From Lama guanicoe (Eukaryota): 64,000 bases of DNA. Position 1 is the first letter of the stretch, and each line of letters starts with the position of its first letter. The stretch lies in contig MU054187.1 in NCBI GenBank assembly GCA_013239625.1, forward strand, positions 23,312,795 to 23,376,794, written 5' to 3'. The position numbers were made by a program, and so were the translations under genes. The notes below the pieces were generated by a model that had not been told where the DNA came from, searched no databases, and worked only from the letters and a program-made list of their open reading frames with translations. This document shows positions 40,381 to 51,180 of this stretch, piece after piece.

Positions 40381-41745
40381 AGCATCCATAAAATCCCAGA
40401 AAAACTGGATGAACCACTGTTTCCCCAAATTCTTTGTTTATTCCCTGTTGCCTGTTTTATGCTGTTCTTTGAACCTACAGTCACTCCCCAACCGCTCCCG
40501 CCATTTTGGCCTGATGTTCTTTTACTTGAAAAAATTATGTTTTGAGCTCTTCCCTGTTCCAGGGACTTGTTCTCATTTGGGTTACAGCAGCAAGCAGGAT
40601 GGATTCAGGTCCCACCCTCCACACCCTTTTTCTAAACGTCACTTACCAGATGCAAATCTTACCCTTCCAGAAAGGCTTTCTTCAATCAACTATCGCTGGT
40701 TTCCTCCAAATTTCCTTAAAAATGTGATTCCATCTTGCACTACAGTTATTTTTATACCCAAGTCACTCCCTCTATGTGCGTGTCTGCACGCACACACGGG
40801 GAAAAAGACTATCTTCTCGAAAAAAAGTGCAATGAGTTTATGATTGGACCTAGCCAAGGAGAGCAGTGTCTTACCTACAGTAGACACTATAAAAGTAAGA
40901 AATTAAAAGAAAACCGATTGACTCTTTTCATCTTTTACCTTTCCAAATTAGACTCTTTATTTTTTTCCCAATACAATATTTTTAAAAAATTATCTCAGAT
41001 ACTTTCACTTCTTTTTCAAGATCAGAAACATATGAAGTCCATAATACAAATGAATACTCTGTTATAAAGTCCTGATCTGCCCTGAAAAGGACAGTAGGAA
41101 GATGACTAAATCGCCATGCATTCTTGCTGCCATGCAATACTTTTATTTTCAAGTGCTTAAATGTAAAAACAGTATCACAGTGTTATGTTTAGCTTCTGGT
41201 TTATTCTGATCCTCAGATATGTAAATCTTTGCATGGTTCTTGGGTTGCCACGCATATAAGTAGCTAAAATATTGGAGTTGTTTAAGTGTATTTCTGTTCT
41301 ATTCTTTGGATCTCCAAGGCAATGTCTGCTATCCAAATTTTAAACAGATTTTGGTAATGATTTTGCACTTCCAATTTATGTATAATTTGCTGTTACTATT
41401 TGAAAATTGCAGTGAATTTATAACTTTAGAATTAACACATGGTCCTATTCAGATAGTACCATACTGAGAAACTGAGTTATAACTAAAGAAGATAGAAAGA
41501 TAAGCCTTTTGCTGAGTGTACATATTTGTACAAATAAAATATACAGAGTGATTCCTTTTCTGAATAGAAGGGCATGTATAATCATCATTAATGAAACACG
41601 GCCTTATTTTATGATTAAAATGATGTACACATCTGTGGTAGAAATATTAGGTAGCATTTTCCAGTCACCAGTGGACATGCACTCTATTTTGGTGGTGTGG
41701 AAAGGAAATTTATTTTGATGAAGAAAAGTGATATAAACACCTGTC

Positions 41746-41773
41746 TATATGTGTATATATATATATATATATA
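41746..41773. repeat. (TA)n microsatellite
   Basis: Read directly. Confidence 0.9.
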
Positions 41774-42772
41774 GCTCCATACTTTCTATCTTTTAAGATA
41801 TCCTGAAATATTTAACCACGGATTTCTATGGCCTCAGAGGTTAAAACTGAGTCAAAGAAAAAAAAAATTTAATCCTTAACCAATTACATTTTGCTTAATG
41901 GTGCCATCAATAGCAATTATTCTTATTCTACAAAATATCTACCAAATAGAAGGATTAAAATGAAACAAAGAAATCAGTCATACATTTCTAACAGAAACAA
42001 GTTACTCAAGGGGAACTGTCTGTATCTGTCCCTTTGTCCCCATCCAATCCCATGACCAAAGATTTGGGCCTCAGGAAGAAATGTCCCAAAGAGGAAAACC
42101 AAATTATTATATTTAATAGGAACCAGCTGTAATAGTATGCAGTGGTGCACGGGCAACCTCAAAATATTTTTCTGCTAATAAAACGCAACCAAGTGAGTGG
42201 TGCGTAAGGACTCTGTTGTACTTGTCATCGTAATATTCTACTTCGCCACAAATCACCCGTGGATGATGCCCAAGTGTGTCTCCCTTCAACGCTTATTAGA
42301 ACCAAGCAAGCCAGGTACACTACTTCTCCAGCTGGATGACAAAGAAAATTACATTTTTGGAGACTGTTGTGAAATTTTGCTGGCAAAGGGATGTCCCTGA
42401 AATGTCTGTGGAAATGTCTGCAAATTACATTTTAGAAAATAACTTCCAACTTTAAAGAATGGAGCAATCCAATATTTTAAATTATTCTGAGCAAGTCAAA
42501 TTTAAAGTTTAAAAAATATGTCGGAAAGTGAGTAAGCCCACAGTAATCTGTTTTCCAATGTCTGTTTTAATTACTGGATATGGTTTAAAACAGGGCACAC
42601 CTATGATGGAAATTCCAAAAGTGGGAACTAGAAACCTTGGCTCGTCATCTTCCTTTGTGATGCAGAAACTTACGATTAACTCTATAAGGTGCAAATAAAA
42701 CTGCACATGATATAATACGCTGGGAAAAATTGCCTAAGTCTTCAAGTTAAACAGTTATTTATATAAACACAA

Positions 42773-43465
42773 GCTTTTTTTATTGAGGTAAAATTCATGT
42801 GAAGTAAAATTAACTATTAAAGTGCACAATTCAGTGACATTTAGTACATTCACAATGCTGGGCAACCATAATGGCTATCTAGTCCCGAAGCATTTCCATC
42901 ATACCAGAATAAGTCTCCGTAGTTATTAAGTAGTCACTCTTCAGTTCTCTCTCCCATCAGCTCCTGCCAACCACCTATCTGCCTTCTTTCTCCTGGATCT
43001 ACCTATCTGGATATTTCATATAAATTGAATTACATGATATGGGACCTTTCATGTCTGTCTTCTTTCACCTAGAATAATGTTTTGAAGTTCATCCATGTTA
43101 CAGCGTGTCAGTATTCAGCCTTTTTACTACCGAGTAATATGCCATTGTATGTGTACATCAAAATTTGTTTATCCGTTCATCTGCCCACGGACACCTGGGA
43201 TTTCTTCTGCTTTCTGACTGTTGTGAATAGTACTGCTGTGAACATGTGTGTACAAGTTTTTGTTATAATTAACAGTTCTTTTCAGTAGACACCTAAGGGT
43301 GAGATTGCTGGGTCCCTAAGTTTAACCTTTTGAGGAACTGCCAAACTACCTTCCACAATGGCTAAACAATCTTACCTTCTCACCAGCAGGGTACAAAGGG
43401 TCCAATTTCTCCCCATGGTCACCAACATTTGTTTTTTGTTTTTTTTGTTTTTTGTTTTTTTTAGT
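42773..43465 (-). mobile_element. L1MB-type 3' end with TSD
   Basis: ttttattgaggtaaaattca…ttgaggaactgccaaact; TSD tataaacacaa at 42762-42772 and 43466-43476. Confidence 0.9.
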
Positions 43466-44634
43466 TATAAACACAAATTTTTGTCATTTGAATTCAACAA
43501 TACGTACCGAAGAAATAAACTTATAAACAGTTGATGGTTGGTGGTTATGTCAAACAGCAGTCTAAAATACTCTAGGCTTAGGGATATTTGTTCTTCCTTA
43601 AAATATACAATAGAATTTAAACTTTATTTTATAAAAGAAATGATGTCATTTGAGAATCAACATGAGAAAATTCCACAAAGCCGATTTCCAACCTTCATGA
43701 TTAACTACAGTATTTGTGAGAATTTCTCATATCCAGGCATAATGATGACACTAAAATGGTATTAATTAAAGAGAATGCTTCCATCTTAACACTAGAGTGT
43801 AAAAATAAAATTAATTTCCAGTGTTGGCTCTGCCTTTCAGAAGTACTCCTTGGAAAGGTTTTTAAATGAATCAGTATTATTGATCCTCAAGGTCTACAGC
43901 CATCTTTTCCTATATTCTTATTTCAAGGGCTTTTAAAACAAGTTGAGCACCATTATCCTCCATGCCTCTGCCATCACAGGAAAATACAAAAATTGACATT
44001 ATTCCAGCACAGATGATCATATCAAAGAGGTAAAAGAACAAGAAATTCAGATTCAGAAATGCAAAGGGTGAGAAAGACAGAAGTGGAATGATTATCTTTC
44101 TTGAAATTGCCACAGCGGATTTTTAGCAAGACACTTAGCATCCTGACCTGGGAGAGATGCCCTTATTAGTATCCCACTTGCTGGACTCATGAGCCACAAA
44201 AACCACGTTATAAATCTTACCAAAGAAAAAGAAGGAGGAGGAAGAGAAAAAGAAGTCAACTTCTGATCCTAAAGAACCACAGCTATACAGACACTCAGAG
44301 CTCACACATGGGCAAAACAACACCAAAGCACCCACATACCAACTCGATGTGTCATCGAGTTATTCTTTTAACAAATGAATAAATTATCTCCTGAGAGTGA
44401 ATTCCCAAAAAGTCCTTGGAAGTTAAAGTACAGAGGTTTTAAACTTAAGCAACTCCCAAGATATTTCACTCTGAGATGTTGAACTACGAGATCTCAAAAG
44501 TTTCTAGGAACTTCAAGAGTCAGTGATTGTAGGAGTGCATTAAGATGAATGATTCAGGATGCTAGAAATACAATTTTTACTGTTTAATTTTTCATGACCT
44601 TTTTAATCATATGAAAGCTGGCTTTAATCTGCAT

Positions 44635-45400
44635 AGGTATACTGGAACTGCTCTCTTGGGTGACACCATTTATCTTGTTTAAAATTCAGTAGTGATTTCT
44701 CTACTTCATCCTCCTTGACCTTTCTGCTGCCTTTGTTACTACTGATAATCCATTCTTTTGAAATCCACTTCCTTAGACATCCTTGTTAATACCCTCTCCT
44801 TGCTCTCCTTCAATCTTGAACAGCTCCTTCTAAGTTTTTTCATTGGCTCATTTTCTCGTGTCTTCCTCAGATATGTTCAGCCTACCAACATGCTCACCTA
44901 ATATTACTCCTTTTTCTCACTCATTCACACAGCTCCCCCTCTGCTGATGTGCGGTTGAGTTCCAAAACTTTACACCCTACCATGAAGTATCCTATGAAAT
45001 CTAACAATGTATTTTGAGCTTCTTACTAAAAAAACTCTAGCAGGTTGCTCCTCCATGATCCCAAATTCTACCTCTCTCTATGAATTGATAGTCACGCCAC
45101 TTCCTTTTTTTCAACTTCTTGTTCTAATAGTGGTACACCGCTTATCCAGTGACCCTTGGAATGGTTTGTGTCTCAAGTTCCTCCATGCCTTTCTGTCATG
45201 ATATTTTGTATTTAATCTCTTAAATATTTTTTCTTCCTTTCCATTTCACACTCCCACAATCTTAATCAGGCCATTGCTTTCCAGCAAAGCCTGTCTGTTT
45301 TCTGCCCACCCCATGGCTGAGAAAATTTGCTCCTTTTCTATAGGCCCAATTCTCTTCACTTTTTCTAGAACTAATCCTGGCCTGAGACAAGAGATATATG
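44635..45400 (+). mobile_element. L2 RT-region fragment
   Basis: actggaactgctctc…cttcatcctccttgacctttctgctgcctttg corresponds to the L2 ETAL…LILLDLSAAF motif. Confidence 0.75.
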
Positions 45401-45987
45401 TTTCTGCAGAGATACTATATATTGCATCATTTTACGATGTAACTGAGAACGGTTGATGACTGACCGCCATATTGCGGAAGATAATTCTAATTGAGAAGTT
45501 TCATTCTGGCAGTTGAGACAGAGTTTAAAAGTATGTAGCACTCTCCAGGATCCAACCAGGCAGTGGATAAGAAGTTGGGTATGAACAGTAGAAAAGGAAA
45601 ATGTCAGGGGTCAGATAAAATCTATGGAGCTCAAAGACTTCAAATTAGTTACCATCAGGGTGGCTGAGGACCAGGTAGCAACCACATCTTCATGACTGTG
45701 ATTCAGAGCAGGGTTCCAAGGCATTGGTGGAAGAATGACGAGCAAAAGTCCAACTCAGAGTCCTGGGAAAGGGTACCAGTGGACGTCTGGCTACCAAGAG
45801 ATAAAAAAAAAAAAAAAAAAAAAAGAAGAAGAAGAAAAGAAAAACAACTCAAGACAAATGAGGGACCCAGAAAAAGGACAAACTGAGACTGGAAAAGAAG
45901 CAGTAACCTGATTTTTAGGACTAAGGGTAAAGAGGCTGCTGCAGAGACTTGATGCTAAGCCTGTGGCAGCTGGTTTGGAGATGATAA

Positions 45988-46639
45988 TGACGCAGGAAAA
46001 GCAGATGTAGGAGATGAGGATGACGGTGTCCCAGGTCTTGGTGAAACCCTGGGACGTGCCCCACCAAGCGTGGGTCCTTGGCTTCGTACAGCAAAGAATT
46101 CAAGCGCGAGCCACAGTTGAGTAAAGGTAGATTTATTTAGAGAGGTACATACTGCGTAGAGCATAGGCTGTTTCAAAAAGCAAGAGAAAGGTAAGGAAAG
46201 AGGTGTGGAAGTTGGGTGTTCAGGTTAAAGTAAAGTAGGTACACACTCCACAGACAGAGTGTGGGCCATCTCTGAAGAAGAGAGAGCAAAAAAGGGAGGC
46301 CAGGCATGGTGTTGCCAGTTTTTATGGGCTTGGTAGCTTCACACGCCTACCAGTGGGAGGACTATTCCAGCTCCCCTGGGGAAGGGGCTGGGACTCCCAG
46401 GATTTGGGCCACAGCCCACTCTTTGGCCTTTTTCCTTGGGGCTGTCATGGCGCCTGTGGGCATGTTACTTATGCTAATATGTTACAATGAGCATATAATG
46501 AAGCCAAGGTCTACAGAGAAGTCAAACCTTCTACCATCTTAATCCTCAAGGCCAACTGGGGGTTGAATCTTCCACCACTTTGATGTTAATTGCTGTCATT
46601 CCTGAATGACTGTGCCCTGCTCCCTTCCATACTGTCTCA
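45988..46639 (-). mobile_element. Young ERV1-like solo LTR with 4-bp TSD
   Basis: TG…CA termini; TSD ataa at 45984-45987 and 46640-46643; minus-strand TATA-like cataaaa near 46320 and AATAAA at 46132-46137; CpGs retained. Confidence 0.88.
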
Positions 46640-46644
46640 ATAAT

Positions 46645-46840
46645 AGCTAAAATTTATTAATGCACCAAATATCTTATGTGCATTATCTCATTTTATGTGT
46701 AACCACAACCCCATGGGCTACACTTAGTACTCATTAACAGGTAAGGAGATGAGGCTTAGACTGTTTCACATGCTTAGTTCAAAGAGGCAGATGGTGAATG
46801 GGGACCATGGTCTTTCTGACTCCAAAGCTCAACCTCAGAA
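46645..46840 (-). mobile_element. MIR
   Basis: tagctaaaatttattaatgc…acaggtaaggagatgaggcttaga…tctgactccaaagct. Confidence 0.7.
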
Positions 46841-48327
46841 ACACCATGTTGTGAATGTTAAGGAATCTTCTCCCACAGAACGTATGTGCGGGGGTTCTGA
46901 TGAATGGATGCGGGGAGGGCGCCATATCACCTCTCCTACTGGGCAAAGGCAGGAGCCTGCATTCCAGAAGCAGCATGGCCTCGCTGCTCATCTCTCATAA
47001 ACTCAGAATTCTTAGCCTATGTTAAAGAAGAAATAAGCCATTGATCAGGGAAGAATGTGGTAAATTGTTAAGTCTTGTCAAGACAGTAGTGCTCAGAGCA
47101 GAATTGTGTTCAGTTTAATACTTAGATACATTTGCCTGACTCAAAGATTTTCTATTTAATTACGGTTGAAGCGAGAACTCAAAGCAGAGTAATGCCATGC
47201 ATGAGCTCATTAACTCAAAGGGTCCATGAGTCACAAATTTAAATCTTTCTGAAGTCGTAACAGAAATGTACAGTTCATACACGAACTGAGTCTTTGAAGT
47301 TGTTAAGTGGAGTGACCAGTATTTAGGGCTGAAACTATTTGCAGTTATGTTGAATTTTTCATCAAACAGTAGCAGTATTTGAGCAACTACTTTCCACTAA
47401 TAGACATAAGCATATATATTATATGCGTGCGACAGGCGTAAGCAACACAGTAAAGTAAGCATAAAGAATGGGTTGCTAAATTAAATGTGAAGACTGAGAA
47501 GGGCATTATCTAACCAAGCCTGAGTTGGTATAAAAAAGTAAGTATTCGAGCTAATATTTTTGTGTAGCAAATCACAAGCAGCTCAGTGGCATTAAATTAG
47601 GTAACTACCATTGACTCATGCTGACCGATTCTGCAGGCTAGGAATTTGGACAGAGCTTAGTGGGATGGCTTGCTGTCGTTCCATGATCTCCTGGGTCTGG
47701 TCTAAGAAGACTTGAAATGCTGAGGATGAGAACCACCTTGAGTTTTCTCCCCTTGCATCCGCACCACGGATGGGATTAAAGGCTGAGCTCAGTTGTGCCT
47801 GTTGACTGGAGCACCTGTTCTGGGCCTGGAGTTCCTACAGAATTGTTTCTGGGTTCTAAGGAGGTCTCAGCAGCTATCATTTTGAGAGAGAACATCCCAA
47901 GAGAACCAGGAGGAAGCTGTTTGGACTTTTCTGATGACACCTTAGAAGTCACGTGCTGTATCTTGCTCCATTCTCCGTTAGTTAAGCAGTCATAAACTCA
48001 TATGAATTCAGTGAGGACACACACCCCATCTCTGAATATAAGAACTGTCACAATCTGCTAAGACTGCCACAGCCTGCCCTTTGGCAACATATAAAGTCTG
48101 TCCCTTCCTTAAGGACCCCCCCTCAAGATCCTCATCCCATTAACAACATGCAGCTCAGGCTCAAGGTCCAGGACCTTGTCATCGGGTCCAGAAATGGATA
48201 AAGTTCTTTAGATGTGTCTCCATAAGTTCATTTCAGTATGAAGACTAGTGATATAAAAGGCAAGTTTTCTCCTCCACCCCAGCCCTCCTACAAAATACAC
48301 AACAGTAGGGGATTCGTAGGGTACCTG

Positions 48328-48803
48328 TGTTGACTGAAATAAATGCGTGGCCTAAAAGTTGAGTTATGTTTTATTTGGCAGGAGGACTCGAGCCGGGATG
48401 ACAGCCTCTCAGATCTCCCTGAGGGGCTGCTCCCAAGAGGCAGAGGAGGAGCTAGGATACATAGGGGCTTTACAACAGAGACCAGGTAGTTGGAACATTA
48501 AAGGATTACCATTAACTGAAGAAAACCAGGCATCTCAAGTTAAAGAATTTAGCGCTTTTCTGTGTATGGGAGGAAGCAAACATTTGGGCTCACTGAATTC
48601 ATTCCTTTGACAAGCACCTAGCAATCCAGGGCCAGTGTCCTGTCCTTTCTTGTTCTGAGTCCCCTCAGGGGGCACCACTGTGAGTGGCTTCAGAGGCCAG
48701 GCTGCAGGCTTGTCTTCACTGGGGGTTGGCGGCAGCCACTGATGACTTGATGGCTTCAGCGTTCTTTGTTTACTGGTGTGGGTTGCGGTATTTTTCCTTC
48801 ACA
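48328..48803 (-). mobile_element. ERV1-like solo LTR, copy A
   Basis: Reverse complement runs tgtgaaggaaaaatac…ccaaataaaacataac…atttcagtcaaca; homologous to 49753-50237. Confidence 0.92.
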
Positions 48804-49752
48804 TGCCCTTAGCCGTGCGCAGCTCCCACACCACCGAGACACCCATTAGCCTTCATCTCATTCAGAAAGTGGGAAGAGGGAAAAACAGTGACTAGTCTAT
48901 AGCAATTCTGATCTCTAACAGGAAGGGTCCACGTTGTTGCTTCTTTATTCTGGGCTCAGAACAACAACTGTGGGAGTTGTATTCCGGGCTCTTAACTCTG
49001 CCCTTCAGTCTTCTAGTTCTGCTCTGAATCAGTCTTCCTTCTCCCTAAATGTAGCTCTTCTTTGAGCAGCTTTCAAAGTCTGATTACCTTCCGAGGTAGT
49101 TTCCTCAGTTTAACTCTTATCTGCAAAACAATGGGGTTTCCAAATCCCATTTCATTTTATACTACTTCTGTACACTTTAGTCCAAGATAATTGAATTCTT
49201 TTAACATTCTGTTTTGCTTTGTCTATTGACATATGAAGTTATATTACATTTCATTGGGCAAAAGTCACACTTCTGAATGATTTTTAAAGTCAGCCTTTCT
49301 CTCCTTTGGGTCCTGCTGAGGCTGCTGTGAGACAACACCCTTAAGATTCTTAGAAACTCATTACTTAGTAGAGAGGATTTGCAAGGCACATCCTTAACCT
49401 TTAGAATTCTGTTTTTTGTCTTTTTTTCTGTCTCAAAGGGTCTGTGAATCACCGATTCAAATCTTTCCGAAGTCATCACAGAAGATTTACAATCACACCC
49501 TTGACCTCAGGCGTGACCTGCCCAGAGGCCACATTTTCCAGAATGAAGTCTGGACTTGATCTTGGCCCTTAGGTCTTTTTTTAAGTGGAGTATATTTTGC
49601 TTGGGAGAAGGAGGATATGAAGTAATTTTATTATCAAATTCAGCAAGTCTTAGATCCTTATATATTTCTAATTTCTGCTTTAAAAACCTCCTTAGCTCAT
49701 CTTTCTGTTAACTGTAGTTTATGAGATGCAGCTAAAAGAAACCAGTTGATAC

Positions 49753-50237
49753 TGTGAAGGAAAAATACTGCAAACCGTATCAGTAAACAAAGAACGCTAA
49801 AGCCACGAAGTCATCAGCGGCTGCCACCCCCCACCCCCCGCAGTGAGGACAGGCCTGCAGCCCGGCCTCTGCGGCCACTCACAGTGGTGCCCCCTGAGGG
49901 GACTCAGAATAAGAAAGGACAGGACACTGGCCCTGGATAGCTAGGTGCTTGTCAAAGGAATGAATTCAATGAGCCCAAATCTTTGCTTCCTCCCACACAC
50001 AGAAAAGCACTAAATTCTTTAACTTGAGATGCCTGGCTTTCTTTAGATAACAAGTAATCTTTTATTGTTCCAACTACCTGGTCTTTGCTGTAAAGCTCCT
50101 ATATATCCTAGCTCCTCCCCTGACTCTTGGGAGCAGCCCCTCAGAGCCATCTGGGAGGCTACCATCCTGGTTTGAGTCCTCCCACCAGATAAAACATAAC
50201 CCTCAAGTTTTAGGCTGCTCATTTATTTCAGTTGACA
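49753..50237 (+). mobile_element. ERV1-like solo LTR, copy B
   Basis: tgtgaaggaaaaatac…cctatatatcc…atttcagttgaca; near-TSD atac/acac. Confidence 0.92.
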
Positions 50238-50568
50238 ACACTTCAAACATTCTGCAAAAAATTCCCTTCATCAGCTCCATCAGCTTTTTAGGTATAGTTT
50301 CTATTTTCTATGTTATAACAGATAACAGTGCCACTAAATGCCACCGCCCCCTCCCAATATATAACAAAGTCCTCCTTTCCTCCAATTTCCAGTAACATTT
50401 TTCTTCTTGCCTTTGAGCCTCACCAACAGGCTCCTGGATGCCCATCAGGCTTCCGCTAACCATAGCCTCAGTGCCCTTCCGGGTATTTTTTCTGTTGCCT
50501 AGTCTGAAAGCATATGTCGTATATTTTGTCGTTTTGTTACAGTGACACCCCATTTCTGATAGCAATTT

Positions 50569-51180
50569 CTGTATCACTCTGGTTTTAATCAGAATCACTG
50601 TGAGTGGCACTGAATGAGAGATGCAGGACAGGAATTAAAGTTTACACAAGTCTGGTTGCTGGTTGAAGTCTATGCAGGACTTTTACATCTGACTTTAGTG
50701 TCAAGTCTGAGATGGTGACAGTAGGTCAATTCAAGACAGAAAGATGGACGTAAGGTGGGGAGAGCAGTGCCTAACTGGAATCCAGAGAGCAAAACAGAAT
50801 TTATGAGAACAGACCAGACCCCATAAGGAGAAACTGGAACTGTTTCCAACCTCAGTGATGCAAGAGACATGCAGAAGAAGCTAGCATCTCTTGCTACAGA
50901 AATACACATGCCCAGGACTTAGAGAAGCTGAAGGAGGAGGCTGGTGGGAGCTGGTCCAGCTGCAGACCCAGGTGCTGCCCACCCTGACAGGCAAGCCAGA
51001 GGGTCATTGGCAGGTGTGGGGCTGCCACACTGCCCACTCTGACTTCAGAGCCTAAAAATGGCTGCTTCCTCATTTCCATCTTCCAAATCTCATGCAAATT
51101 TCCCTGCTCTCACCCCTAACTTGGAACAGGACAAGGAAGGGAATTGTAGGATCTGTAGTCCAGCTCCGTTACACTGATAG
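50569..51180 (-). mobile_element. Old ERVL/MaLR-type LTR
   Basis: Starts tgtatcactctggttttaatcag; contains caaggaagggaattgtaggatctgtagtccagc near the end. Confidence 0.5.

Larger units (their letters stand above)
47550..50568 (-). mobile_element. Old MaLR element (MLT1 LTR ~47550-48070 plus internal region)
   Basis: MLT1-like LTR ending ctgccaca, then internal-like sequence ending ccccatttctgatagcaatttc|tgtat, a typical int/LTR junction. Confidence 0.6.

Noticed and set aside
40409..41067. Longest ORF in the track (144 aa) and overlapping ORFs
   Set aside because: No recognisable domain or splice structure; composition typical of non-coding DNA
45692..45886. ORF with an NLS-like KKKKKKKRRRRK stretch
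   Set aside because: It is the translation of a poly-A/(AAG)n tract
48328..50237. A single provirus bounded by two LTRs
   Set aside because: The LTRs are inverted rather than direct, flanks differ, and I see no gag/pol remnants between them
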